Below, one piece after another: positions 30,508-40,135 of a stretch of DNA of 64,000 bases. The translations under genes were made by a program, and so were the position numbers. The stretch is from a bacterium (GTDB taxonomy: Bacteria; Patescibacteriota; Patescibacteriia; Veblenbacterales; UBA10138). The first letter of the stretch is position 1, and each line of letters opens with the position of its first letter. Below the pieces are notes generated by a model that worked only from the letters and a program-made list of their open reading frames with translations, was not told the DNA's origin and did not search any database. The stretch spans positions 8,165 through 72,164 of the forward strand of contig JAGVEX010000019.1 of the NCBI GenBank assembly GCA_020057885.1, read 5' to 3'.

Positions 30508-31881
30508 TTAACTAACTGTTAAAATATTAGACTGTCTGGCTACTAAACGTTTTTTAACCTCTTCCACCACTTTCTTTAAATCAACAATTTCTTGAATACC
30601 ATTTTCCATATCGCGCACAATAATAGTTCCATCCATTAATTCTTTTTGTCCCAACACCAAAGCAAACTTCACCCCCAAGCGATTCGCAATTTCTAATTGA
30701 CTCTTTAGGCCTTCTTTAGTAAAACTTTCCGCTACTCTTATACCCTGCCGACGTAAATCTTCAAAAAGTTTAAAAGCTCTTTTACGAGAAGCTTCTCCCA
30801 AACAAGCTAAAAATAAATCTGGCGCGGGTGCGGTTGGCACTGCTATTTGCCTTACTTTAAGTTCATTAATAATCCGCTCCACACCACCACCAAAACCAAC
30901 GGACGGAGTAGGTTGTCCGCCGAGCTCGCTAACTAAATTATCATAACGTCCGCCGCCAGCTAAAACTGTTTTGCCTTCATCTCCTCCCCATACTTCAAAT
31001 ACTGTCCTAGTGTAATAATCAAGACCACGTACCAAATAAGGATTAAGCTGATAAGCTAACTCAACTTCATCAAGATATTCCAATAATCTGGTAAAATGGT
31101 TTTTACAAATTTCACACAAAAAATCAACCATCTGTGGAGCGTTTTTGGCAAGCTCGTGGCATTCTTCTTGTTTACAATCTAAAATACGTAAAGGATTACG
31201 CTGTAAGCGTCGTTTACAATCTTCGCACAAAACAGAACGCTTGGTTTTATAATAATCCTGCAAAGCCTGCTTATAAGCTGGTCGGCAAGCCTGGCAACCA
31301 ACACTATTAATTTGAATAGTGACCGGCAGTTTTAGATTTTCAAATAAAGCGGCGGCTAATAAAATTAACTGTGTATCGGCAGTAGCTTGAGCCTCGCCAA
31401 ATATTTCAAAATTAAGTTGCCAAAATTGGCGAAAACGACCAGCCTGAGGACGCTCATGACGGAATAGTTGGCCAAAAGAATAAAGCTTAACTGGTTGTGG
31501 CAATGACAACATACCATGCTCAATATAAGCCCTAGCTATACCAGCAGTATACTCCGGCCTTAAGCTCAAATGATCCTCTGATTGATCAACAAAGGAATAC
31601 ATTTCTTTTTCAACAATATCCGTGGTACTGCCAATAGCACGCGTGAATAAATTTGTTTTTTCCAAAATTGGTGTTTCAATTCTTTCAAAACTATATGATA
31701 AAGCGTACTCTTGTACTTGGGCCCATAAAAAATTCCACCAACTCCATTCTGTTGGTAAAATATCACGCATACCGCGCACTAACTGTGGCGGGATTATTTT
31801 CTTAACCTTAATAACAGCTTCACCAGTGGCTGATTTATCTTGTTTATCTATTTTTTCTTTTTCCATAGTTGATAATGACAT
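30508..31881 (-). CDS. hisS: Histidine--tRNA ligase
   Basis: RGMRDILP, LRPEYTA, RHERPQAGRFRQF, LVRGLDYY, GGGRYD. Confidence 0.98.
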   Translation of the reverse strand: MSLSTMEKEKIDKQDKSATGEAVIKVKKIIPPQLVRGMRDILPTEWSWWNFLWAQVQEYALSYSFERIETPILEKTNLFTRAIGSTTDIVEKEMYSFVDQSEDHLSLRPEYTAGIARAYIEHGMLSLPQPVKLYSFGQLFRHERPQAGRFRQFWQLNFEIFGEAQATADTQLILLAAALFENLKLPVTIQINSVGCQACRPAYKQALQDYYKTKRSVLCEDCKRRLQRNPLRILDCKQEECHELAKNAPQMVDFLCEICKNHFTRLLEYLDEVELAYQLNPYLVRGLDYYTRTVFEVWGGDEGKTVLAGGGRYDNLVSELGGQPTPSVGFGGGVERIINELKVRQIAVPTAPAPDLFLACLGEASRKRAFKLFEDLRRQGIRVAESFTKEGLKSQLEIANRLGVKFALVLGQKELMDGTIIVRDMENGIQEIVDLKKVVEEVKKRLVARQSNILTVS

Positions 31882-31884
31882 AAT

Positions 31885-32460
31885 TTAAATGGTTATTGAG
31901 TTGGTATTAAAAACTGTCCAACGATCAAACGGCCAACCACGAATCCAAATACGACCAATGATCTCGCGTTTAATAATTGGGCCAAAACTACGGGAATCCA
32001 TACTCGCACTTCTGTTATCACCCATTACATAATATTGTTGCTCTCCTAGCACTGCATCAAGATAAGATGGGGTTTGGCCTTGAGTGCGCACCCATTCACC
32101 CAAATAAGACTCCTTATATAATTTTAATTCACTACCGTTTTCACCCAGCCAAACTTCTCCATCACGCACCACCACGCGATCACCTGGCAAACCGATTACT
32201 CTTTTAATAAAATACTGCTTAGGATCACGCGGATAACGGAATACTATTACCTCACCACGATGTGGCTCTCGCCAACGATAAGATATTTCATCAATCAACA
32301 AATAATCATGATCCAAAAAAGTAGGCTCCATGGAAGCTCCTTTAACATAAAAAGGTTGTACCAAAAAATAACGAATTGGTAAAATAATAGCCAGTGACAA
32401 AAGTGCCACTTTCATCACTTCCCAAAAAAACAACAAAGCGGTTTTTAAATAACTCATCAT
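31885..32460 (-). CDS. lepB: Signal peptidase I
   Basis: GASMEPT, FIKRVIGLPGD, MGDNRSASMDSR; start moved to MMSYLK. Confidence 0.95.
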   Translation of the reverse strand: MMSYLKTALLFFWEVMKVALLSLAIILPIRYFLVQPFYVKGASMEPTFLDHDYLLIDEISYRWREPHRGEVIVFRYPRDPKQYFIKRVIGLPGDRVVVRDGEVWLGENGSELKLYKESYLGEWVRTQGQTPSYLDAVLGEQQYYVMGDNRSASMDSRSFGPIIKREIIGRIWIRGWPFDRWTVFNTNSITI

Positions 32461-32588
32461 AAATAAATTTAGTTTGAAAATAAAGTAGATTAAATTATAA
32501 ATTTTTTTGATATTTTGGCCTGCCATGTACCAAGGTTAAACAATTAGTATATGGCCTGCCATGTACCCGAGCACAAGCGAGTGGTACA

Positions 32589-32665
32589 TGGTGGATGATA
32601 CTGGATTCGAACCAGTGACCTCTGCAATGTGAATGCAGCGCTCTAACCAGCTGAGCTAATCATCC
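32589..32665 (-). tRNA. tRNA-Val(CAC)
   Basis: GGATGATTAGCTCAGCTGGTTAGAGCGCTGCA-TTCACAT-TGCAG...GGTTCGAATCC...TCATCCACCA. Confidence 0.95.
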
Positions 32666-32808
32666 TTAAAAATCACTTTAATATAACCCGCCTTTAGATA
32701 ATTACCTGTTTTTCTGTTTTTAGGCTAAGATAAAACTTTAAATTAACGCTAGGTTGACAGCCAAACAGACCGAATGGTAACATCTTTTATACTGGCTGTA
32801 AAGTAACT

Positions 32809-34158
32809 ATGACAACATTAAACCCTCAAACTATCTTACCGCCCTCTGCACCAGCTGTGACTCGAGGGAAATTTTTTTTGTACGCCCTGATAATTATTAC
32901 TTTTCTGGGCGGTGGTTGGCTGTTGCAACAACCACGCGTACAAGTGACTATTGTAGAATGGAATAAATATTCCTTGTGGGAAAACGTTAAAAGATTAGCT
33001 GGTAGCGAAGACTTATTGTTAAAAGGCGAAAATGAGGGGCGTATTAACTTTTTAATACTAGGTCAGGGTGGAGTAGTACACGACGGTCCTTATCTTACAG
33101 ATACTATCATTTTAGCTAGTATAAAGCCAGACACTAAACAAGTGGCTTTGTTATCTCTCCCACGTGACCTGGTCGTTAACATACCTAGCTGGGGATTTAA
33201 AAAAATAAATAGCGCTAACGCTTATGGTGAAGAAAAAGGTACAGGGCAGGGAGCCGTGCTAGCCACTGAAGTAGTTAATAAATTAGTTAATTTGCCGATC
33301 CATTATTATATAAGACTTGATTTTGATGGTTTTAAAAAAATTATTGATCAGATCGGCGGAGTATCAATTAACATTGAGCGTAGTTTTACTGACAATCAAT
33401 TTCCCACTGAAAAAAATGGTTACACTACTATAAGTTTTGAGGCGGGATGGCAATTACTTTCGGGTGAGCAAGCTTTACAGTACACGCGCTCGCGTCATGG
33501 TAATAATGGTGAAAGCTCTGACTTTGCGCGCGCCAAAAGACAACAACAAGTTTTGTTGGCAGTTAAAGAAAAATTATTTTCTGCTTCCACGCTTTTTAAT
33601 CCAAGCCTAGTACTTAAACTCTATCGTACTTTTAGTCAAAGTGTCGACACTAATCTAGGGGCAGGCGAAGCGGTTAAATTGGTACACCTAATTCGTTCTA
33701 TTAAATCCAAAGATATTTCTACGCGTGTGCTTGATACTTCGCCTGGTGGACTATTACATGAAACCGTTGGTGTTGATGGCGCTTACTTATTGGTGCCAAA
33801 CGTAGCTGATTATAGTGAAATAAAAAATCTGGCAAATAATATTTTTGATATTAACCGTGTGGCAGCCGAAGAGGCAAAGGTAATAATAGAAAATGGTACT
33901 ACTACCGTGGGTTTAGGCGAAGCCACGGCTCTTAGTTTAAAAAGTCAAGGATTTAATATTACACAAGTTACCAATGCTACCACTGGTGATTTTGTCCGTA
34001 CACTATTGTATGATTACTCTGGTGGGTCTAAGCCTATCACCCGACAAATTTTAGAGGCTATTTTTCACACCCAAGCTTTAAATTTGGAAAAAACAACAGC
34101 CAACGATGTCCCGCCTGATTTTCGTATTATATTAGGAGCAAATTACCTAATACCATAA
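32809..34158 (+). CDS. LCP (LytR-CpsA-Psr) family protein with LytR_C domain
   Basis: TM; LTDTIILA, SLPRDL, KINSANAYG, YTRSRH..SDFARAKRQQ; IENGT..IILG. Confidence 0.92.
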   Translation: MTTLNPQTILPPSAPAVTRGKFFLYALIIITFLGGGWLLQQPRVQVTIVEWNKYSLWENVKRLAGSEDLLLKGENEGRINFLILGQGGVVHDGPYLTDTIILASIKPDTKQVALLSLPRDLVVNIPSWGFKKINSANAYGEEKGTGQGAVLATEVVNKLVNLPIHYYIRLDFDGFKKIIDQIGGVSINIERSFTDNQFPTEKNGYTTISFEAGWQLLSGEQALQYTRSRHGNNGESSDFARAKRQQQVLLAVKEKLFSASTLFNPSLVLKLYRTFSQSVDTNLGAGEAVKLVHLIRSIKSKDISTRVLDTSPGGLLHETVGVDGAYLLVPNVADYSEIKNLANNIFDINRVAAEEAKVIIENGTTTVGLGEATALSLKSQGFNITQVTNATTGDFVRTLLYDYSGGSKPITRQILEAIFHTQALNLEKTTANDVPPDFRIILGANYLIP

Positions 34159-34167
34159 ACTAAATAT

Positions 34168-35451
34168 ATGAAACAAGCTGCTGTACTGGTGGGTAGAACT
34201 AACGTCGGTAAATCAACTTTATTTAACCGCTTGATTGGTCGTGGTCGCGCGATTGTTTCAGCCGAAGCTGGCACTACCCGTGATTTAAACCAAGGCATTG
34301 TAAAATGGAGAGGAATTGATTTTTGGTTAATTGATACTGGCGGTAGTGATCCAAATGCGAACGATCCTGCAGGCAAATTAAGTGTTAAACAAATGGAACG
34401 CGCTGTTGCTAAGGCGTGCGTTTTGATTTTAGTAATTGATGGACAAACTGGCCTATTACCAGCCGACAGAAATTTAGCCCAACGTTTAAGAAAATTAAAA
34501 AAACCGGTTATTTTAGTAATCAATAAAATTGACAGCTTATCTAAACGCACGTCAGCTGAAAAAATTTCTCTCGGTTTCAAAAATACTTTTTTAGTATCGG
34601 CTCAAAACGGCAATGGCCTGGGTGATTTATTAGATTGTGTTATTGAATACCTGCCGCCAGCCGCCATTACCGAACCAAAATTAAAATTAGCTTTTTTAGG
34701 AAAAACTAATGTTGGTAAATCTTCGCTGTTTAATAAATTATTAAAAGAAGAACGAAGTATTGTTTTGTCTACTCCTCATACTACTAGGGACAGATTGCAT
34801 GATTATATTGAAATTGATAATACTCTATTAGAGCTCATTGATACAGCTGGCGTTAGACGTCAACTCAGCAAAGCTAATCGCTTAGAACAGCAAAGTGTTG
34901 AGCAAAGTTTAGGAGCTTTAGAGGAAATTGATGTTGCTATATTAGTGGTAGATGCCGCCGATGAACCAACTTGGCAAGAACAACACTTGGGGGGATTAAT
35001 AACAGAAGCACAAACAGCTTGCGTGGTATTACTTAACAAAGCCGACTTAATACCTTTTGATCAACGTAAAAATATAATAAAAAAGCTAGGACGTTTTCTG
35101 CCTATGCTCTCCTTTGCTTCTATTTTATGGGTCTCGGCCAAAGATGGAGAAGGAGTTAATAAAATTATTCCTGAGGCCAAGATGGCGGCGGCGGACTGGG
35201 GTAAAACGTTAGATAGCAAAGAACTTGTTCGTTTTTTTAATTTTCTTAAAAAAACCAAAACTACAAGTAAATTGCCTTTAAAGCAACTGGAACAAATCAA
35301 CACCAAACCACCACGATTTTTACTACACCTTAAAACTAAGGAAAATCCGCCTTGGGCCATAGGCCAATGGGTAGAAACCAAACTAAGACAATTTTATAAT
35401 TTTAAAGGCACGCCTGTTAAGGTTAGACTAATGGGTACGCGCAAAAATTAA
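34168..35451 (+). CDS. der: Ribosome biogenesis GTPase Der (EngA)
   Basis: Two G domains (GRTNVGKST/DTGG/NKID and GKTNVGKSS/DTAG/NKAD) plus KH-like tail. Confidence 0.95.
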   Translation: MKQAAVLVGRTNVGKSTLFNRLIGRGRAIVSAEAGTTRDLNQGIVKWRGIDFWLIDTGGSDPNANDPAGKLSVKQMERAVAKACVLILVIDGQTGLLPADRNLAQRLRKLKKPVILVINKIDSLSKRTSAEKISLGFKNTFLVSAQNGNGLGDLLDCVIEYLPPAAITEPKLKLAFLGKTNVGKSSLFNKLLKEERSIVLSTPHTTRDRLHDYIEIDNTLLELIDTAGVRRQLSKANRLEQQSVEQSLGALEEIDVAILVVDAADEPTWQEQHLGGLITEAQTACVVLLNKADLIPFDQRKNIIKKLGRFLPMLSFASILWVSAKDGEGVNKIIPEAKMAAADWGKTLDSKELVRFFNFLKKTKTTSKLPLKQLEQINTKPPRFLLHLKTKENPPWAIGQWVETKLRQFYNFKGTPVKVRLMGTRKN

Positions 35452-35473
35452 TAATATTCTATACTATAAATGT

Positions 35474-36031
35474 ATGAAACTAATTGTTGGTTTGGGCAAT
35501 CCAGGTAAAAAATACGAGGATACTAGGCATAATCTTGGATTTATGGTAGTAGAAAAAATTTGCCGTGAAGCAGAAGGCTCCTGGGAGTTTAAACCATCAA
35601 AGGAGGATAAAATTTGCCGCTTAAAATTGACAGACCAAGGCATTATTTTGCTTGAGCCTCAAACCTATATGAATGAATCTGGTAAAAGTGTGCACGAAGT
35701 AGCAAATTTTTATAAAATTACCACAGCCGATATTTGGGTAGTACACGATGATTTAGATTTACCAATTGGCCAAGCGCGTTTATCTAAAGATAGCACAGCA
35801 GCCGGACACAAAGGCGTGCAAAGTATTATTGATAATTTAGGCACCAAAAATTTTTATCGTTTTCGCATCGGTATTGGTAAACCTATTGATCAAAAACCAG
35901 TCGAGGATTATGTTTTAGAAAAATTCACAACCAGTGAAAAAACTATAATTAAAGAAGTTGTAGAAAAAACGGTAAAATTAATCATCAGCTCTGTAACAAA
36001 TGGCTTGCCTAAAAATATCTCTGATTTTTAA
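35474..36031 (+). CDS. pth: Peptidyl-tRNA hydrolase
   Basis: LIVGLGNPG..TRHNLG, TYMNESG, HDDLD, GHKG. Confidence 0.97.
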   Translation: MKLIVGLGNPGKKYEDTRHNLGFMVVEKICREAEGSWEFKPSKEDKICRLKLTDQGIILLEPQTYMNESGKSVHEVANFYKITTADIWVVHDDLDLPIGQARLSKDSTAAGHKGVQSIIDNLGTKNFYRFRIGIGKPIDQKPVEDYVLEKFTTSEKTIIKEVVEKTVKLIISSVTNGLPKNISDF

Positions 36032-36034
36032 AAC

Positions 36035-36228
36035 AAAAAACTCCGCGAATGGCGGAGTTTGTATGTATTTTAGCCTACTTACCAGCGTTAATTTAAACCA
36101 GTAAACTGATCTAAATTAACTTTGCAGATAACTCTCGTTAAAGGAGGGGTCACAAGAGAAATCACTGGCAAGCAGGCTAAAATACACCAAAACAAATACT
36201 TTAAAGAACTAATTATCGTATTGTAAGT
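36035..36228 (-). ncRNA. Candidate unannotated small RNA (~195 nt, three-way junction, anti-SD-like loop)
   Basis: Promoter TTGACA-17-TAAAGT; 24-bp stem (36163-36186/36064-36087) fully paired with 3 G-U on the minus strand; two inner hairpins; terminator at 36035-36060. Confidence 0.6.
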
Positions 36229-36234
36229 ACACCC

Positions 36235-36263
36235 ACTTTAGCACCACGATGGTCCGCTGTCAA
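36235..36263 (-). promoter_or_regulatory. Sigma70 promoter of the candidate sRNA
   Basis: TTGACA (36263-36258), 17 nt, TGc-TAAAGT extended -10 (36240-36235). Confidence 0.6.
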
Positions 36264-36317
36264 GAGGGTGACTTTAGATATATTCACCTAATAATAAACT
36301 AAGTTTAATTATCCAGC

Positions 36318-39300
36318 ATGCAAAAATCAGATACTCTGCCACCCAATTTAACAGCCCAAGCTTTTTTTATTGCCAACCTACCTCACCACCTGTTAAGTGG
36401 GGGGGTTTTATGGTTTTTACCTTCCAGCCACGATCTTGGGCGCGCCCGAGAATTAATAAAATTTTTTACTAAACTAAATAAAATATCCACTGAACTCTTA
36501 ACTTTTCCGGATGATTTTGTTTATTGGCTGAAATATCAAAACGATAAAACACCTACTATAATGTTCGTGGTACCTGATCATATTAATTTGGCTTTACCTA
36601 CCAAAAAAGATATTGCTACACACACTGTAAAAATATCTGCTGGTGAAAACAAAGCACCTTTTGCGCTCATACGGGAACTTGAGTCTGCTGGTTTTGAACC
36701 CGGACCATTGCCCGACGCTACAGGCTGGTTTTTAAAACAAGGTGGCGCTATAACAATTGCTAGTGCTACCGAGGCTTGGCGCATAGATTTTAATAGCAAT
36801 ATCATAGAGGATATTTTTAAATTCAATCTAGCTACTGGCCTGACATGCGAAAAAATTAAAAACATTACTTTGCTACCACAAAAATTAACGCCCCACTCAG
36901 AAATTACTTTAAAAAAATACCTTACCAATCAAATTACCCTCATAGCTCCCCCTTCCGAAATTGTCCAAACTGGAAAAAATACACAGTTAGTAAGTTTATT
37001 AAAACCGAGTAACTTGTTCGGCTCTGTACCTTTGTTTGGTAAACAATGGCCGGAAATTACCAGCTATCTACAAGAAAAAAACACCAAGGGAAAAAATGTG
37101 GTGATTTTTACTAACGAACCACAAACCATCTTAGCCAACCTTGTTAACCTAACTTATAAGCCAAAAATAATAGAAGTCGGTGAATCGATTGTTGTTGAAT
37201 TGGAAGGTTTTGAAAACTTAAGTGAAAAAACTATTTATCTTACCGACCGAGAACTTATTGGTCTTAAAAGAAAACGCACTTTTGCCAGCCTAGCCTCTTT
37301 TGAACATTTGGCGATAGATGATTATTTAGTACACATTGATCACGGCATTGGCAGATTCCGCGGGCTCACTAGTCAGACTATTGATAATATAGCGCGCGAA
37401 TATTTTTTAGTGGAATATGCTGAAGAAGACAAGCTTTATGTGCCTATTGAGCATACGGATCGCCTCTCGCGTTATTTAGGCGAACCGCATCCTAAAGTCG
37501 AAAGACTTCATAGTGCCAGCTGGTTCCAAATTACTAAAAAAGTTAAGGCGGAGGCGGCTAGTTTGGCGCGCGAATTATTAAATCTTTATGCGCGTAGACA
37601 AAAAAGCAAGGTTAAACCTTGGCAACATTTTCCTGAAGAGGAGATATTAGCTGCTAACTTTCCTTGGCCTTTAACTCCCGACCAGCTTAAAGCTTGGTCT
37701 GAAATTTCAGCTGACCTCGACCGCACTATGCCAATGGATAGATTAATTTGCGGTGATGTTGGTTTTGGTAAAACCGAATTAGCGGTACGCACTACCTTAC
37801 GCGCCGCACTTAATAATTATCAAATAGCACTACTCACTCCCACTACTATTCTCGCTCAACAACACTTTGATACTTTTAGTGAACGCTTGGAAAAACTTGG
37901 CGTAAAATTAGGTTTAATTTCACGCGCTCAAACCGCTAGCACAATAAAACAAACTTTAACAGATGCGGCCGCGGGTAAAATAGATATTATTATTGGCACC
38001 CATCGCTTGCTAGCGCGGGACGTACATTTTAAAAATCTTGGTCTTTTAATTATTGACGAGGAACAACGCTTCGGCGTGAAACAAAAAGAAGAACTTAAGG
38101 CTGTTAAGCCAGAGGTACACGTGTTATCACTTTCAGCTACCCCCATACCACGTACTTTAAATTTAGCTGTTTCCAATGTCAGGGATCTTTCCATTATCAC
38201 CACACCGCCCACTGGTCGGCAAGGAGTTGTTATGGAATTTTGCGCACCGCATGAAGCTACTATTAAACGCGCCATTGAACAAGAGTTAACACGTGGTGGT
38301 CAAATTTATTATTTGGTAAACCATATTAGTAAATTGCCGCAAATTGAATTAAAACTTAAAAAATTATTGCCACATCTCAAGCTTGGTACTATCCATGGCC
38401 GGCTTAACCCGCGCGAAGTAGCGCAAACCATGCACGCTTTTGATAAAAAAGAATTACAATTATTACTCGCTACCACTATTATTGAAAATGGACTTGATTT
38501 ACCAAATGTAAATACCTTAATAGTAGAGGGGGCGGAAAATTTTGGGTTGAGCGATTTGTATCAACTGCGGGGCAGAGTTGGTCGCGGCCGCACACGCGCC
38601 TATGCTTACTTTTTAGTTAAAGATTCACACACGCAAGCTGCCAGTAAACGCTTAGAAGCTTTATCACAGGCGCCAGCTTTAGGCGGCGGCTTAACCATCG
38701 CGCTAAAAGATTTGGAGCTCAGAGGCGCTGGCGCAATTTTAGGTAAAGAACAGCATGGCCAAGTTTCCGCCGTCGGTTTGCATCTTTACGGCCAGCTCTT
38801 AGCTCAGGCGGTGGAGGAATTACAAACTGGTGAAAGTTTACCAAATATTCCCGAAGTGTTGCTTCGTTTGCCGCTGGAGGGGCGTATTCATACAGATTTG
38901 ATACCAATTGAAGCTAACCGCATTCAGGTTTATCAGCGTCTCGCTGGTATTCGTGAGCCAGCTGAACTAAAAATTATAGCCGAAGAAATTATCGGCCGTC
39001 CACTAACCAGTGAACCAGCTGATAGATTATTGCAAAATTTATTAACTCTTTTGGAAATCAAATTACTTGCCGAGAGAGCACGGCTGGGTGAAGTATCTTG
39101 TCAAACATCTAATGGTTTTGGTCAATTTACTTTACGCTTTTTGGAAGCACCTTCAGTTGAAATTATTGAAAGACTAACATCATTTGATAGCCGTTGGGGA
39201 GTGGAGCCTCTGGGGGGCGGAACCCTATACCGTCACACCGAGGGTGGGGCTGGCATAAGGGCCAAGCACCCCCTCGCCGTCGGAGCCTGGATTCCTTGGC

Positions 39301-39332
39301 TTAAACAAAGTTTAAAGTTATTAGGAAAATAA
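36318..39332 (+). CDS. mfd: Transcription-repair coupling factor Mfd (divergent N-terminus)
   Basis: RID LVHIDHGIGRF; GDVGFGKTE, DEEQRFG, SATPIPRT, QLRGRVGR, DLELRGAG. Confidence 0.95.
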   Translation: MQKSDTLPPNLTAQAFFIANLPHHLLSGGVLWFLPSSHDLGRARELIKFFTKLNKISTELLTFPDDFVYWLKYQNDKTPTIMFVVPDHINLALPTKKDIATHTVKISAGENKAPFALIRELESAGFEPGPLPDATGWFLKQGGAITIASATEAWRIDFNSNIIEDIFKFNLATGLTCEKIKNITLLPQKLTPHSEITLKKYLTNQITLIAPPSEIVQTGKNTQLVSLLKPSNLFGSVPLFGKQWPEITSYLQEKNTKGKNVVIFTNEPQTILANLVNLTYKPKIIEVGESIVVELEGFENLSEKTIYLTDRELIGLKRKRTFASLASFEHLAIDDYLVHIDHGIGRFRGLTSQTIDNIAREYFLVEYAEEDKLYVPIEHTDRLSRYLGEPHPKVERLHSASWFQITKKVKAEAASLARELLNLYARRQKSKVKPWQHFPEEEILAANFPWPLTPDQLKAWSEISADLDRTMPMDRLICGDVGFGKTELAVRTTLRAALNNYQIALLTPTTILAQQHFDTFSERLEKLGVKLGLISRAQTASTIKQTLTDAAAGKIDIIIGTHRLLARDVHFKNLGLLIIDEEQRFGVKQKEELKAVKPEVHVLSLSATPIPRTLNLAVSNVRDLSIITTPPTGRQGVVMEFCAPHEATIKRAIEQELTRGGQIYYLVNHISKLPQIELKLKKLLPHLKLGTIHGRLNPREVAQTMHAFDKKELQLLLATTIIENGLDLPNVNTLIVEGAENFGLSDLYQLRGRVGRGRTRAYAYFLVKDSHTQAASKRLEALSQAPALGGGLTIALKDLELRGAGAILGKEQHGQVSAVGLHLYGQLLAQAVEELQTGESLPNIPEVLLRLPLEGRIHTDLIPIEANRIQVYQRLAGIREPAELKIIAEEIIGRPLTSEPADRLLQNLLTLLEIKLLAERARLGEVSCQTSNGFGQFTLRFLEAPSVEIIERLTSFDSRWGVEPLGGGTLYRHTEGGAGIRAKHPLAVGAWIPWLKQSLKLLGK

Positions 39333-39399
39333 AAAGAACCCATCAATGTAATAACATATCCGGGTTCACTGGCTCTAGTACCTTATATAACGAATTTAC

Positions 39400-39612
39400 C
39401 TAATCCTTAATAGGTTCTTTCCACACTAATTGGGGATCACGATATAGTTCTTTAAAAGACCCTTCGGATCTTTTTTGCTCACCCCACTTAATTTTGGCCA
39501 ACGATTTAGCCTTTTCTTTTTTAGAAAAGTCCTCAATGCCTAAGGGAAATAAATGAGTATGCTCATTACTGTCATATTCATTTTTACCGCTAGTATATTC
39601 TAAGTACCACAT
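39400..39612 (-). CDS. Small hypothetical protein
   Basis: 70-aa ORF with SD GAGGT and upstream promoter TTGACA (39756-39751)-17-TAAATT. Confidence 0.6.
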   Translation of the reverse strand: MWYLEYTSGKNEYDSNEHTHLFPLGIEDFSKKEKAKSLAKIKWGEQKRSEGSFKELYRDPQLVWKEPIKD

Positions 39613-39836
39613 TTTAACCTCACTAATTATTTTGTTATTTTGATATTGTTTATTAATTTTACTATTCTCTCTTAGGCACTAAAATATACCCAAAAGAGAA
39701 TGGTAAATATTTGTTAAAGAATGTATAAATTTAGCCTACTTTGATATATTTGTCAAGTGGTCCCATAAAAATAAAACAAAATAGTATAAAACCTAACTCA
39801 CTCTTAATAATCAGATTAATTTCTCTTTTCACAAAA

Positions 39837-40064
39837 TTAGGAAAATAAATCAGGCTCTTTTTTATTTAACCTGCTTTCTAATGATTTATTAATTTTTATA
39901 AATTCTTTACCAATTTCCATTTCCGCTTGTTTCTTATCTTTACGCCGTTTCTTTTCTTCCTCCATTATCTGCTCTATAACTAAGGGATCAGGTTCGCTAT
40001 TAATATTATCTTCTACTGGCTCTAAGAGGCCTTCATTTCCTCTATAATACTCACCTTGTCTCAT
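39837..40064 (-). CDS. Small hypothetical protein
   Basis: 75-aa charged ORF divergent from dprA. Confidence 0.5.
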   Translation of the reverse strand: MRQGEYYRGNEGLLEPVEDNINSEPDPLVIEQIMEEEKKRRKDKKQAEMEIGKEFIKINKSLESRLNKKEPDLFS

Positions 40065-40135
40065 AAAATTTTGTGAAAAATAGTCAATTAGTCTACCCTT
40101 ACTATAGCACTACTAACACTAAAATATAATATCCT

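Noticed and set aside
39195-39290. GC-rich stretch near the mfd 3' end as an in-frame palindromic insertion
   Set aside because: Composition is odd, but I found no clean inverted repeat or boundary; needs an orthologue alignment.
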